Shown here: positions 50,737 to 60,671 of the stretch, piece after piece
How positions within the stretch are numbered: the stretch's first letter is position 1
Layout of the letters: every line of letters starts with the position of its first letter
NCBI GenBank assembly: GCA_963706575.1
Contig: CAVPNL010000015.1
Location: 288,001 to 352,000, forward strand
Length of the DNA stretch: 64,000 nt
Origin: an uncultured delta proteobacterium
GTDB lineage: Bacteria; Desulfobacterota; Desulfobacteria; Desulfobacterales; JAHEIW01
Reading direction: 5' to 3'
Notes under the pieces: model-generated
What the model was told of the DNA's origin: nothing
Seen by the model: only the letters and a program-made list of their open reading frames with translations
The model's database searches: none
Program-made: the position numbers and the translations under genes

Positions 50737-50750
50737 GGGAGCAAAGCGAC

Positions 50751-53700
50751 ATGATCCCATTAACCGTAAGATCAAACTACTCTTTCATGTGGGGCACAGC
50801 GCCGGTCAAGCAGGTCTGCCGGGCCGCCCGACGCCTGGGCTATACCCATCTGGCGCTGACCGATACCGACAACCTGTGCGGCCTGTGGCCTTTCTTAACC
50901 GCCTGCCGGCGCGAAGGGCTGACGCCCATCGTGGGGGCCGAGATCAGCGATCCGCAGCGCAAACAGCGTGCCGTCTGCCTGGTGGCATCCGACAGCGGTT
51001 ATCGCAATCTTTGCCGCCTGCTCACCCGCCGCCACATGGCGCAAGATTTCAACCTGGAAGCCGCCGTAATTTCGCATGCAAACGGATTGGTGGTTCTCAC
51101 TCAGAGCGCCGACCTGTTGGGCGCCTGGCATGCGGTCGGGGTTTCGGTTGCCGCAGCCATGCCGCGCCGCCCACTGCCTGCCACCCACCGGTTGCGCCGC
51201 ATGGCCGACCGCCTGGGGCTGCCGCTGGTGGCCACACCGGGAAGCTTCTTTTTACACCCGGATGATATCGCGGTGCACCGCATGTTGCGGGCGATCGAGC
51301 GCAACACCTCCTTGTCGCGCCTGGCAGTCGATGAAGTCGCCCCGTCGGATGCCTGGCTGGCAAGCCCAGAGGAATATGAGCGTCGCTTTGCGATCTGCCC
51401 GCAAGCGGTCAGCGCCACTTATGAAATTGCCGAGCGCCTGACATTCACCGGACCCCGGTTCGGCATTGTCATGCCGCCGCTGCTGAGCCAAAACGGAAGC
51501 AATCCGGCTCAACGCCTGCGGAAAGACGCTTATGAAGGTGCGCGGCGCCGGTACGGCGCCGAGCTTTCCGAAGCCGTCGTGGACCGCCTCGAACACGAAC
51601 TGCACAGCATCACGCAGATGGGGTTTGCCGCTTATTTTTTAATCGTGCGCGACATTATCCAGCGCAGCCCGCGTACCTGCGGCCGCGGATCGGGAGCCGC
51701 TTCGCTGGTGGCTTACTGTCTGGGGATCACCAATGTCTGCCCGCTGAAACACAACCTGTATTTCGAGCGGTTTTTAAATCCGGGCCGCAAAGATCCGCCG
51801 GATATCGATGTGGATTTCGCCTGGGACGAGCGCGATGACGTGCTGGATACGGTCCTGGCCCAGTATCCGGGCCATGCCGCCATGGTATCCAGTCACGTGC
51901 TGTTTCAACCGCGCATGGCGGTACGGGAAGTCGCCAAGGTTTTCGGTCTGACCGACGGCGAGATCGGTCAGGTGTCCAAGCGCCTGCCGCATTTCTGGCG
52001 CGTGAAAGAATCCGACTCTGATTTTTTGGCCGAACTCAAACGCTGGCCCGAAGCCAAAGCCCTGGAGTTCCCCCCGCCCTGGCCCGACATTTTGCAGTTT
52101 GCCCAGCGCATCATCGGAACCCCGCGTTACCTGTCCGTGCATCCCGGCGGTGTTGTCATCACGCCGCGGCCCATGGAAGAATACGTGCCCGTTGAGCAGG
52201 CCCCCAAAGGGGTGCCGATTATCCAGTGGGAAAAGGACGCCACCGAAGATGCCGGGCTGGTTAAAATCGATTTGCTGGGAAACCGCAGTCTGGGCGTTAT
52301 TCGCGATGCCCTGACCAACCTAAACGGCAACGGCATCACCTTTGACGAGCTGCGCTGGGAGCCCGAAGACGATTTTGCCACCCAGGAAGCCCTGGCTCAG
52401 GGCCGCACCATGGGCTGCTTCTACATCGAAAGCCCGGCCATGCGGCTGTTGCAGCAAAAATCCAGGGTGGGCGATTTCGAGCACCTCGTCATCCACAGCA
52501 GCATTATCCGTCCGGCCGCCAACGAATTTATCCAGGAATACATTCGCCGCCTGCACGGCGGCCCCTGGGACCCGATTCATCCCTTCCTGGCCGAAGTGCT
52601 CGCTGAAACCTTCGGCATCATGGTCTATCAGGAAGACGTTTCCCGCGCGGCGGTGGTGATCGCCGGCTTCTCGCATGCCGAAGCCGATATTCTGCGCAAA
52701 GTCCTGACCAAAAAAGATCGCGAATATCAGCTGCGGGACTTTCAACAGCGGTTTTCCAGCGGCGCCAGACAGCGCGGGGTGCCCGAGGGCAAAGTCGCCG
52801 AAATCTGGGATATGATGATGAGCTTTAACGGCTATTCCTTCTGCAAGCCCCACAGCGCCTCCTATGCCCGGGTATCCTTTCAGGCCGCCTACCTCAAGGT
52901 CCATTATCCGGCCGAATTTATGGCCGCGGTCATCAGTAACCAGGGCGGTTTTTACGGCACCTTTGCCTATGTTTCCGAAGCTCGCCGCATGGGTCTGACG
53001 GTGCGGCCACCCGACATCAATGTCAGCGACGTTCGCTGGGCAGGGCAGGGCAAAACCGTTCGGGTCGGACTGCTGTCCGTCAAAGGGCTGGGAGCCGATA
53101 CGCAAGAACGCATCGTCACCCGGCGCCGCCGGCAGCCCTACAGCAGCCTGAGAGACTTCCTGGAGCGTGTGCGCCCCGCTGAAGACGAAGCCCGCTCCTT
53201 GATCAACTGCGGGGCCCTGGATGCCCTCAATCCCGGCAGCAATCGCGCAGCGCTGCTGTGGGAGCTGGCCGGCTGGTTGAAATCAAAACGACCGCGGGCA
53301 GCTGCGCCATCCCTGTTTGACCGCCCCGCGACGGCCGGCAATTGTCCGCCGCCGCCACTGCCTGCCGAAGACGAGCACGAGCGGCTGCGGCGCGAATATT
53401 CCGTGCTGGGTTTTCTGTGCGACCGTCACCCGATGGAGTTGTTTGCCGACAAGCTGCAAAGGCGCCGCACCATCAAAGCCGTTGATCTGCCGCGCGTTAT
53501 CGGCCGGAAAGTGCGCCTGGCCGGCTGGCTGATCACCGGCAAAGTCGTTTCCACCAAAACGGGTGACCCGATGGAATTTTTAACCTTTGAAGATGAAACC
53601 GGTATTGTAGAGACCACCTTTTTTCCGCAAGTCTACCGCCGGTTTTGCCACCTCCTCGACCGCCAGCTGCCCTATCTGCTAACCGGCAAAGTCGAAGAAG

Positions 53701-53753
53701 ACTGGGGTGCGCTGACCCTGACGGTGGAAAAAGCGGAACGAATGCAAAGTTGA
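50751..53753 (+). CDS. dnaE2: Error-prone DNA polymerase III alpha (DnaE2/ImuC-type)
   Basis: GRGSGAAS, PPDIDVDF, KIDLLG, YSFCKPH, C-terminal OB fold; 1000 aa; lies in an SOS cassette. Confidence 0.88.
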   Translation: MIPLTVRSNYSFMWGTAPVKQVCRAARRLGYTHLALTDTDNLCGLWPFLTACRREGLTPIVGAEISDPQRKQRAVCLVASDSGYRNLCRLLTRRHMAQDFNLEAAVISHANGLVVLTQSADLLGAWHAVGVSVAAAMPRRPLPATHRLRRMADRLGLPLVATPGSFFLHPDDIAVHRMLRAIERNTSLSRLAVDEVAPSDAWLASPEEYERRFAICPQAVSATYEIAERLTFTGPRFGIVMPPLLSQNGSNPAQRLRKDAYEGARRRYGAELSEAVVDRLEHELHSITQMGFAAYFLIVRDIIQRSPRTCGRGSGAASLVAYCLGITNVCPLKHNLYFERFLNPGRKDPPDIDVDFAWDERDDVLDTVLAQYPGHAAMVSSHVLFQPRMAVREVAKVFGLTDGEIGQVSKRLPHFWRVKESDSDFLAELKRWPEAKALEFPPPWPDILQFAQRIIGTPRYLSVHPGGVVITPRPMEEYVPVEQAPKGVPIIQWEKDATEDAGLVKIDLLGNRSLGVIRDALTNLNGNGITFDELRWEPEDDFATQEALAQGRTMGCFYIESPAMRLLQQKSRVGDFEHLVIHSSIIRPAANEFIQEYIRRLHGGPWDPIHPFLAEVLAETFGIMVYQEDVSRAAVVIAGFSHAEADILRKVLTKKDREYQLRDFQQRFSSGARQRGVPEGKVAEIWDMMMSFNGYSFCKPHSASYARVSFQAAYLKVHYPAEFMAAVISNQGGFYGTFAYVSEARRMGLTVRPPDINVSDVRWAGQGKTVRVGLLSVKGLGADTQERIVTRRRRQPYSSLRDFLERVRPAEDEARSLINCGALDALNPGSNRAALLWELAGWLKSKRPRAAAPSLFDRPATAGNCPPPPLPAEDEHERLRREYSVLGFLCDRHPMELFADKLQRRRTIKAVDLPRVIGRKVRLAGWLITGKVVSTKTGDPMEFLTFEDETGIVETTFFPQVYRRFCHLLDRQLPYLLTGKVEEDWGALTLTVEKAERMQS

Positions 53754-53757
53754 AATT

Positions 53758-55071
53758 TTACCCGGCGGAGCCCAGCGCCACGAGTTCAGGCAAGGGCTTG
53801 ATAAACTCCTGGCGCAGGCTGTAGGTGTAAGCCCCCTGATTGGGGATCAGGAGCAGATCTCCAGGCTCAATCCCCTTGCCGAAATAGCTGTAACCCCAGA
53901 CATCGTGCGGGGTGCAAAGCGAGCCGAGGATAAAGCACTTGTGTTCCGACTTTGATGGGCGGCTGAGATTGATGACCGGAAAATAGTCGGTTTCGAATCG
54001 CTCCCAGCCGATGATGTTGGTGCCGCCGTCAGTAATGACCAGATCTTCTTCTTTCTTGTCGACGACGGTTAAAAGAATGTGCATGGCATCGTTGCATAAC
54101 CAGCGACCCGGCTCGGCGTATAAACGACAATCAACATAGGGTGCTACATATCTCTGGATGGCTGCGCCGATTTTTTCAGCAAAGGTGGTAATCGGCGATG
54201 AAGGCAGTTTGTAATGCTCTGTTGAAGGGGAGCGGGTGTTGAGCAAAGCCCGGTGCAGGCCTCCTTTGGAAGTGCCAGCCCATTGCAGCCATTCGCCCTC
54301 GGGGGGCCAGTAGCCGCCGCCGATATCAATAAAATTGAGCGACTCCCGCCGGTTTTGGGCGAGATTCTGCAGCGATTCTCCCAGACGTGCAATGAAATTT
54401 ACCTGCTGGCCCGGATCCAGATTCCAGCTGGTGTGAAATTGCAGCCCACCCAGCATTACATGGGAACAGCCGGCAGCCTTTTGCATGAAACTATCCAGTC
54501 TGGAAAGCGGGATACCGAATTTGCGCCAGAGCCCCCGGTCATCGGTATTCAACCGCACACCGGCTTTTATCCGGGTTTGCAATTCCGCGGCGGCATTTTC
54601 GAGACGATCGAGCTCGCCAAAACTATCCATCAGGACGGTGACATTGTTGGAATGCCTGGCGGCCAGCTGCAGCTCGTTGTCGGTTTTACCCGGGCCGCTG
54701 AAAATAATATCGGAGCAGTTGCAACGTAAAGCCAATTCAAGTTCCAGCGCGCTGGAAACATCCAGACCCAGACCGGATCGCACCAGACTGCCGACCAGTG
54801 CCGGGTGGTTGTTGCTTTTAACCGCATAAAAAATACGAATCTCACCCAGCGTTTCTTTAAAAGCAGCGGCAAACTGCGCGGCGCGCTGCAGCAAAGCCCC
54901 TTCGTCAAAAACATACAGGGGTGAGCCATGCCGCTCGACCGTTTCGACAAAGGTGTCGGCGCGTTTTAAAAAGGATCCGACGAATGCGGCCACTTCATCG
55001 TAATCCAAGACCGAATTGGGCTGCTGCAGCACTTCGGCTGCTTTTTTCAAAAGGCTTTCGAGGCTGTTCAT
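53758..55071 (-). CDS. PLP-dependent fold-III decarboxylase (diaminopimelate/ornithine decarboxylase family)
   Basis: YAVKSN, FSGPGK, KFG, DIGGG, EPGR, GSLC..HD and GAY motifs. Confidence 0.88.
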   Translation of the reverse strand: MNSLESLLKKAAEVLQQPNSVLDYDEVAAFVGSFLKRADTFVETVERHGSPLYVFDEGALLQRAAQFAAAFKETLGEIRIFYAVKSNNHPALVGSLVRSGLGLDVSSALELELALRCNCSDIIFSGPGKTDNELQLAARHSNNVTVLMDSFGELDRLENAAAELQTRIKAGVRLNTDDRGLWRKFGIPLSRLDSFMQKAAGCSHVMLGGLQFHTSWNLDPGQQVNFIARLGESLQNLAQNRRESLNFIDIGGGYWPPEGEWLQWAGTSKGGLHRALLNTRSPSTEHYKLPSSPITTFAEKIGAAIQRYVAPYVDCRLYAEPGRWLCNDAMHILLTVVDKKEEDLVITDGGTNIIGWERFETDYFPVINLSRPSKSEHKCFILGSLCTPHDVWGYSYFGKGIEPGDLLLIPNQGAYTYSLRQEFIKPLPELVALGSAG

Positions 55072-56356
55072 GGTTCGGCTTCAATTTCAACACTGAGTTT
55101 TGATTCAAGCTCGGCGCATTCAGTTTCAATAGATTGAGGCGTTGCTGGCTTAAAAATAACATGTCCCAGCAGGCGTGACTCGTAATCATCCGGCGGCAGC
55201 GCCACCCGCTGCCCCGGCCGGCGTTTTAGATGCAATTCCTTTACGCGCGCATCCCGCCGCAGGGCACGATCGCCGATATTTTTGATAATACCTTTTTTTT
55301 TGGCCATTAAGCGCAAGCCGACCATCTTGACCCAGCTCGATGCCGCCGGCAGGGCAATCGGCGTTCCTTCGGCAAAATCGAGCGCCAACCCCAGCATGTC
55401 CAGCCCGCAGCTTTGAAAGATGGTTTGCGGAAGGCAGTCGCCGCCGGGACGTGGGGTCATCTCGAGCAGATAAGCAGTGTCCTCCTGCACAATAAAATCC
55501 ACCATGCAAAGCGCTCGATTCAGACCCAGCGCGCGCGCGGCATTTCGAAGCTGAAGTCGGAATTTTGCTGTATCGAGCGGCTCAGGTAGCCGACTCGGCA
55601 AAACGTAGGCCCGGGTGGTTCCGGCCGCTTGATCCTGGGCCAGAATTTTTTGGGCCAGCCGGATGATCTCCACACGGTCTGCGTCGAGCATAAAATCACA
55701 GCTGTATTCCCGCCCGTCGATGAATGTTTCAATGACAAAATCCTGTAGCGGATCCATTATGACTGCCCCGCCTGCTTCCGGGTGATACATGCGGATGTTC
55801 GGATGCGCTGCAAGCTTTAAGCCGATCGTGTCGATGGCATGGGAACAGTCGCGTTGATTATGACATTTGAACAACAGTTCGCTGCCGGAGCCGGTCAGCG
55901 GTTTGATGATAACCGGTTTTGCGAATCGATCCATGAATTTTAGGGCATCCGACAGATTTCGCACAACACCTGTCGGGGGACAAGGCACCTCCGCTTTTTG
56001 CCAGATTTGCTTGGATAGAAACTTGTTCCGGCTGGCGCCCACCGCCGCGGGGTCAGGAAACGGCATGGCGAATTGCGTTGCCAGGTCTGCGGCGAGCCCC
56101 AGTGATTCGCAATCGTAACATACCACCCCGCAGATTCCCATTCGCCATCGACTTAAATGGGTGCTGAGTTCGTCGTGAACCCGGCGGGGGTTCTGCAGGT
56201 CACACAGCAACTCATCGGCCGGCGCAGGATCTGTCTCAGCCGCCGCGGCTCTTTCAGCCGGATCGGTTACAAACAGCGCCCGCCCGGGTAGCGCGTACTG
56301 ATGTGATCAATGTAGTCGCTGGTGGTTCCGACGACCAAAAGGCGTTTGTCAGGCAT
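55068..56356 (-). CDS. ATP-grasp amide ligase (L-amino-acid ligase-like); one frameshift near 56283
   Basis: NKFLSK, IIKP..GSGS, ETFIDGREYS, LLEMTPRPGG; ATG at 56356 (MPDKRLLVVGTT) needs one extra base to join ORF 55068..56210. Confidence 0.82.
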
Positions 56357-57317
56357 GCACGATCCTGGGCATAGCCTCCAGATCTGCTTTCCGGGCAATT
56401 TCTGAAGCGAGATTTGAAAAAAGAAACAGCGGCCGCGGCGTCAGATGGAATTGTTTTTTCCAGTGAAAATCACCACATAAAAAATCGACCTGCTGCAAGC
56501 GCTGCTGACAGGCCCACTGCATATGGTGCAGATTGATGAGCTTGGCCACACCTCGAAACCGGCTGCTGGTTCCGCCGGCCATCACCGTGTACACATTGCG
56601 ATAAAGGCAGCCCATATCAACGGCTGCAGGCTCCCCGTTTATCAGAACCGTGGTAAAACGAAGCCAGCCCTTCTCGTCCAAATAATTCGCCAGGCTTCTG
56701 AAACCTTCCTTAAACCGGGAGTCATAGAAATAGGAGTCGGCGCCAAACCGGCTGATATTCATCTCAACCATTAAATCAAAGTCAGCGACTTCGTCATATC
56801 GGTAGCTGACGCCCAGCTCCTCGATCGCGGCAACCTCCCGCAGAATCTGCTTAATCGATTTGCGGGAAAACTCCCGGAAGTAATTTTGAATTTCAAAGTC
56901 ATAGTGAGGCGGCAGAAACAAATAGCCGATTTCATCGATCGCCATTTCACCATCACCCCAGCCGGCATGGGGCAGCAGGTACCGCAGATGATACGGTGAG
57001 GAACAGCGGGCCACAAGGTCTGACGGCTGGGTATCACCGCAAGCGTATATCCGGTTTTTTTCCAGCCATGTCTTGCCGTGCCAGATTTCTCCCGGAAAAT
57101 AACCGTAGCACTGACTTTCCTCTATCCAACTTAGCGGCAGCAGGCCGCAGATGCCGCGGCTGTCTTCGGCAACGATAAAGTTTGGCCGCTGCCTGAAATG
57201 ACGCTGAAAACAATTGCGAACTTCCCAAAGATCGCCAATCGATTCAGCCGGCATGACCTGCTGCCAGATTTGCCGGCATTCGTCCAGGTCGGAAACCGTT
57301 CGAAAATTTTGTAGCAT
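56349..57317 (-). CDS. GNAT-fold protein (CelD/BcsL, Acetyltransf_6-like)
   Basis: Tandem GNAT architecture; VDFLCGDFHWK C-terminal motif. Confidence 0.75.
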   Translation of the reverse strand: MLQNFRTVSDLDECRQIWQQVMPAESIGDLWEVRNCFQRHFRQRPNFIVAEDSRGICGLLPLSWIEESQCYGYFPGEIWHGKTWLEKNRIYACGDTQPSDLVARCSSPYHLRYLLPHAGWGDGEMAIDEIGYLFLPPHYDFEIQNYFREFSRKSIKQILREVAAIEELGVSYRYDEVADFDLMVEMNISRFGADSYFYDSRFKEGFRSLANYLDEKGWLRFTTVLINGEPAAVDMGCLYRNVYTVMAGGTSSRFRGVAKLINLHHMQWACQQRLQQVDFLCGDFHWKKQFHLTPRPLFLFSNLASEIARKADLEAMPRIVHA

Positions 57318-57757
57318 TAACGCCTCAGGTTGGCATGTATCATAATTTCAGAACCGCCAAAAAATTTTTTGGCGAAATCCGCCACCACCTCGGGATCGTA
57401 TGGTTTGCAGCTAAACACGTCGAGATAGGTGGCGTTGGTGAGATTGGCAAAATGAGCTGATATCAGGGACGTTTCAATCAGCTGCACCATGGAAAATCCG
57501 GCGACCCGCTCGTCTTCTCCGAAGTTCACGACCAGGGTATCCTGGAACCGTTTCATCTCGATCAGGTCGCAAAGTTCAACAACGAACTGTTTGATTTTAT
57601 CGGCGTCGCGAATGGTTTCCGGATTGCATTGATAGATGTCGAAACTGGAGGCAATCCCCCAAACCTTTTCGTCAATCGCCTGTTGCATAATGTTTTTCTT
57701 GTTTACTGGCACCTCTTTTTCGTCAAGCGCTAGTTGAATAATGTTTTGTTTGTTCAC
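57317..57757 (-). CDS. Pyruvoyl-dependent S-adenosylmethionine decarboxylase-like proenzyme
   Basis: GFSMVQLIETSLISAHF and YLDVFSCK motifs; probable GTG start at 57757 after GAGGTG. Confidence 0.8.
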   Translation of the reverse strand: MNKQNIIQLALDEKEVPVNKKNIMQQAIDEKVWGIASSFDIYQCNPETIRDADKIKQFVVELCDLIEMKRFQDTLVVNFGEDERVAGFSMVQLIETSLISAHFANLTNATYLDVFSCKPYDPEVVADFAKKFFGGSEIMIHANLRR

Positions 57758-57767
57758 TGTCACCTCT
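57666..57767. repeat. 51-bp tandem duplication at the 5' end of the SpeD-like gene
   Basis: Encodes KEVTVNKQNIIQLALDE / KEVPVNKKNIMQQAIDE. Confidence 0.9.
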
Positions 57768-57792
57768 TTTAACATAAAATGTTTACTCTTCA

Positions 57793-58496
57793 CTAAAATT
57801 GCGCAGGATCACAACTCCCATGGAAGCCGCCGACCTGCGCAGCCCCTTTCACCCTTTTTTGTTCTGAGACATCGCCTCGCTGATAAAATGTCGTCAGGCT
57901 CGCCACCAACGCTCCGCGCAGGGACCGAAACGTAGCGTCAACGTCCTCATCTTCCGAAGTGATCACCGCAAAGGAATAGTATCCGGAAACAAATCCGGCG
58001 GTGGCGCACGCAATTCGATGGGACACGGGTTTCGGTAAGCGATGTTTGATTGACGAATCCAGTAGGGTTTCGATCGTCTCCAGGTAGTCCAAAAAGGGCT
58101 CTTCAAGAACCGAGTATCCCTCTGCAAGCTTCAAGTCAGCGCGTCCTTGATAATACAGTACGAAATCTTCCCAGCGCGAGCTGAAAAATTCGATGTGAAC
58201 GCTGATCAGTGTGTCCAGCAGTTCGGATAAATCCGTAATGCCTTCGGCCTTTTGATTTATCGTCTCTATCTGAGTTCTCCCAGCACCTTGTTGATCAGTA
58301 CCTTAAGGAGGCCTTCCTTGTTTTTGAAATGATAATAGAAGGTGCCTTTGCCGACATCGGCGCGTTCGGTGATGTCGTTAATAGTGGTTAGGTCCAGGCC
58401 TTTTTCGGCGAACAGGCTGCTCGCGGCCTCCAAAAGCTTTTGCCGGGTACGGCCCACACGTCGCTGCTGCCGAGTTTTTTTCTTTTTTTTCACCAT
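57793..58496 (-). CDS. TetR family regulator; one frameshift near 58270
   Basis: TTINDITERADVGKGTFYYHF HTH; a second frame is open from about 58268 through ORF 57793..58134. Confidence 0.85.
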
Positions 58497-58528
58497 AAGC
58501 TCAACGGTATGTATAATTAGCGCTTCTT

Positions 58529-58579
58529 AGACTATCTGGTCATAGCTGACATAATAGTCAAAACTGACCAAATAGTCAA
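58529..58579 (-). promoter_or_regulatory. Sigma-70 promoter with three tandem TGAC-N6-GTCA operators
   Basis: -35 TTGACT (58579-74), 17 bp, -10 TATTAT (58556-51); palindromes at 58529, 58547 and 58565. Confidence 0.8.
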
Positions 58580-58763
58580 TTATTTTTTTGGGGGGGGGTC
58601 GAACGCATATTTTTGATCCGATACATCCGGAGCTAATAATAGGGGTCACATCCTGATTAGAAGTGGTTATGCTGACACGCAATTGAAAAAGAGAGGGAAA
58701 GGGGAAGGGTCAAACTTAAGCTTAAAACGGATAACAGAGCAATCATCAACGGAAAAGGATCTT

Positions 58764-60321
58764 CTACGGCTCTGTTGGGTCTTTAGGTACGTTCGTCTCA
58801 AGGGGTTCCGCGTTAGGGCTGCCGACGGTGTCATCGACTTGTGTTTGTTCCGCAGCCGGCGGTCCCGCCTCCGGATGGCCGTCTTCGTTACCGGAAGGGT
58901 TGGTGTACATATCATTGAGTTTCTGAATATAGGTATTGGTATCTTCTAAAACTTTCGCCAGGCGCCGCTGCGCTCTCCGTCCCCAACCCGTTGGTTTACG
59001 CTTCAGCAAACTGCGATACCAGCGGCTATTCTTTTTGAAGGCGCGCGTGTAGTTCGCTTGCAAATCAGGGTCCTTAAGGTCCGCCAACAACTTGCGCGAT
59101 ACATAATCTGCGGTTAACCGGCGAATGGAGAAGTGAACATAGCCAAAAAGCAGCACCAGCAACGCTAACAGACCCAGCCTGCTGTAATTTCCGCCCGGCA
59201 AATTGTCCAGGAAAGGACAGCTGGAGCTTCAGCCCCTGCCAGTATCCACCCCAGATGGTGGCGACCAAAAAAGCCGCCAACACTGCCCCTAAGATGATTC
59301 CGTCCAGCCAGATGATTTTGCTGCGCCAGCCGGAAATAAACTGCTGGATTCGCGGTATTATATTGTTCTCAAGCAAATGGGCGGTTTCTTCCAGCATGCC
59401 CACAATGCGATAGGCCCGTTCCTCCCCGACGCGTTCGATCCGATTGAAAATCTGTTCGATATTTGAATCACGCTTATTCTCGAAACGAACCCGAACGCTT
59501 TCATCTTGAATCGGTACAGCGACTTCCGGAACATAGATGGCATAGCAACAACCGGCGGTCAGTCCGGATTGGGCAAGGGCCCGCTGCCAGGATGCAAAGA
59601 CTTCCTCGGTATTATCCTCAAACGCCGTGGCATCGATCTGATTGAGGATAAACATAAATTTATTGGAGTCCCTGCGGTTTTTGGTCCGGTTAACCAGATG
59701 CTCAAGCGTGTCATGCATGGAGCCGGTTTCAGGGTGGCGCGCATCGAAAAACACCAGGACCAAATCGGACAAGTCGATGATGTGATCGGTAATTCGCAAG
59801 GTGGACGTCCGTTGCGCATCAGCATCAAAACCGGGCGAATCGATAATGATCTTACCGCGTAAGCGAGGGTTGGGGCAGGTTTTGAGTTGGAGGTAAGAAT
59901 CGATCCGCTGCCCTTCTCCTTCGGCCACCTCTTCGATGGCCTGACTGATCTTGTAAAATGGAAAGCGCGGATCCGCATCCAATGCCAGACCCGGCAGCAC
60001 CCTTACCTGGTCATCATCGGTATAAGAAATAACCGTAAACTTGTCATCAACCGCCTGGTTGCCGGTGGACTGCAGGCGGTATTGAAGGTAATGGTTGATA
60101 AAAGTGGATTTGCCGGATGAATAAATTCCCAGTATGGATATCAAAGGCCACCAGGAGGTAAGCGTCGCATGAGATTGCCCGTCATGAAAAAATCCAAGTC
60201 GCCGGCTGAGATAATCCAGTTCTTGAAAACTATCCACCACTTGAGATAGGACCGGATTTTCCTGTTTTAGGCGTTCTTTAAGATTTGCTAAACGTTGCCT
60301 GATCTGGCTATCTTTGGCCAT
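58764..60321 (-). CDS. Dynamin/EHD-like P-loop NTPase with C-terminal TM hairpin; one frameshift near 59210
   Basis: GIYSSGKST, IIDSPG and LNQID motifs; ORF 59074..60321 joins 58764..59201 if one base is removed. Confidence 0.8.
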
Positions 60322-60529
60322 GTCTTATACTCCTGTAGCAGTCCATCCGAGTGTTGGCAGTAAGGACCATCTCCTCACCACATTGGAAAATAATACCTAA
60401 TTTTTAACTATATCAAAGTTTAAGATTTAATACAATTTTCGATCGTTAGCGTAAATAGAAGATCGTTAGCGGCCACATCTTAACGGATTGCTGCCCCAAA
60501 TAGCGGTTGAAGATCACGGCTACTTTTGC

Positions 60530-60637
60530 TAGAACCCATATCACAAATGTATTTTGGCCCTGCCGCGCGTGTCCCGGCGAAGCCTTTAGGCCAAGACGGA
60601 ATCTTGAACCAAAATCCTATCTTTGAAATGGGTTCTT
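60530..60637 (-). mobile_element. MITE family A, shortened reverse copy with replaced centre
   Basis: agaacccatatcacaaatgtattttggccc ... atcttgaaccaaaatcctatctttgaaatgggttct. Confidence 0.82.
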
Positions 60638-60671
60638 GATAAAAAAATCAACCTTTAAACGGAGAATTCCG

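Noticed and set aside
58583..58598. T7-G9 run as a phase-variation tract
   Set aside because: It lies upstream of the -35 rather than in the spacer or CDS, and homopolymer lengths look unreliable in this sequence.
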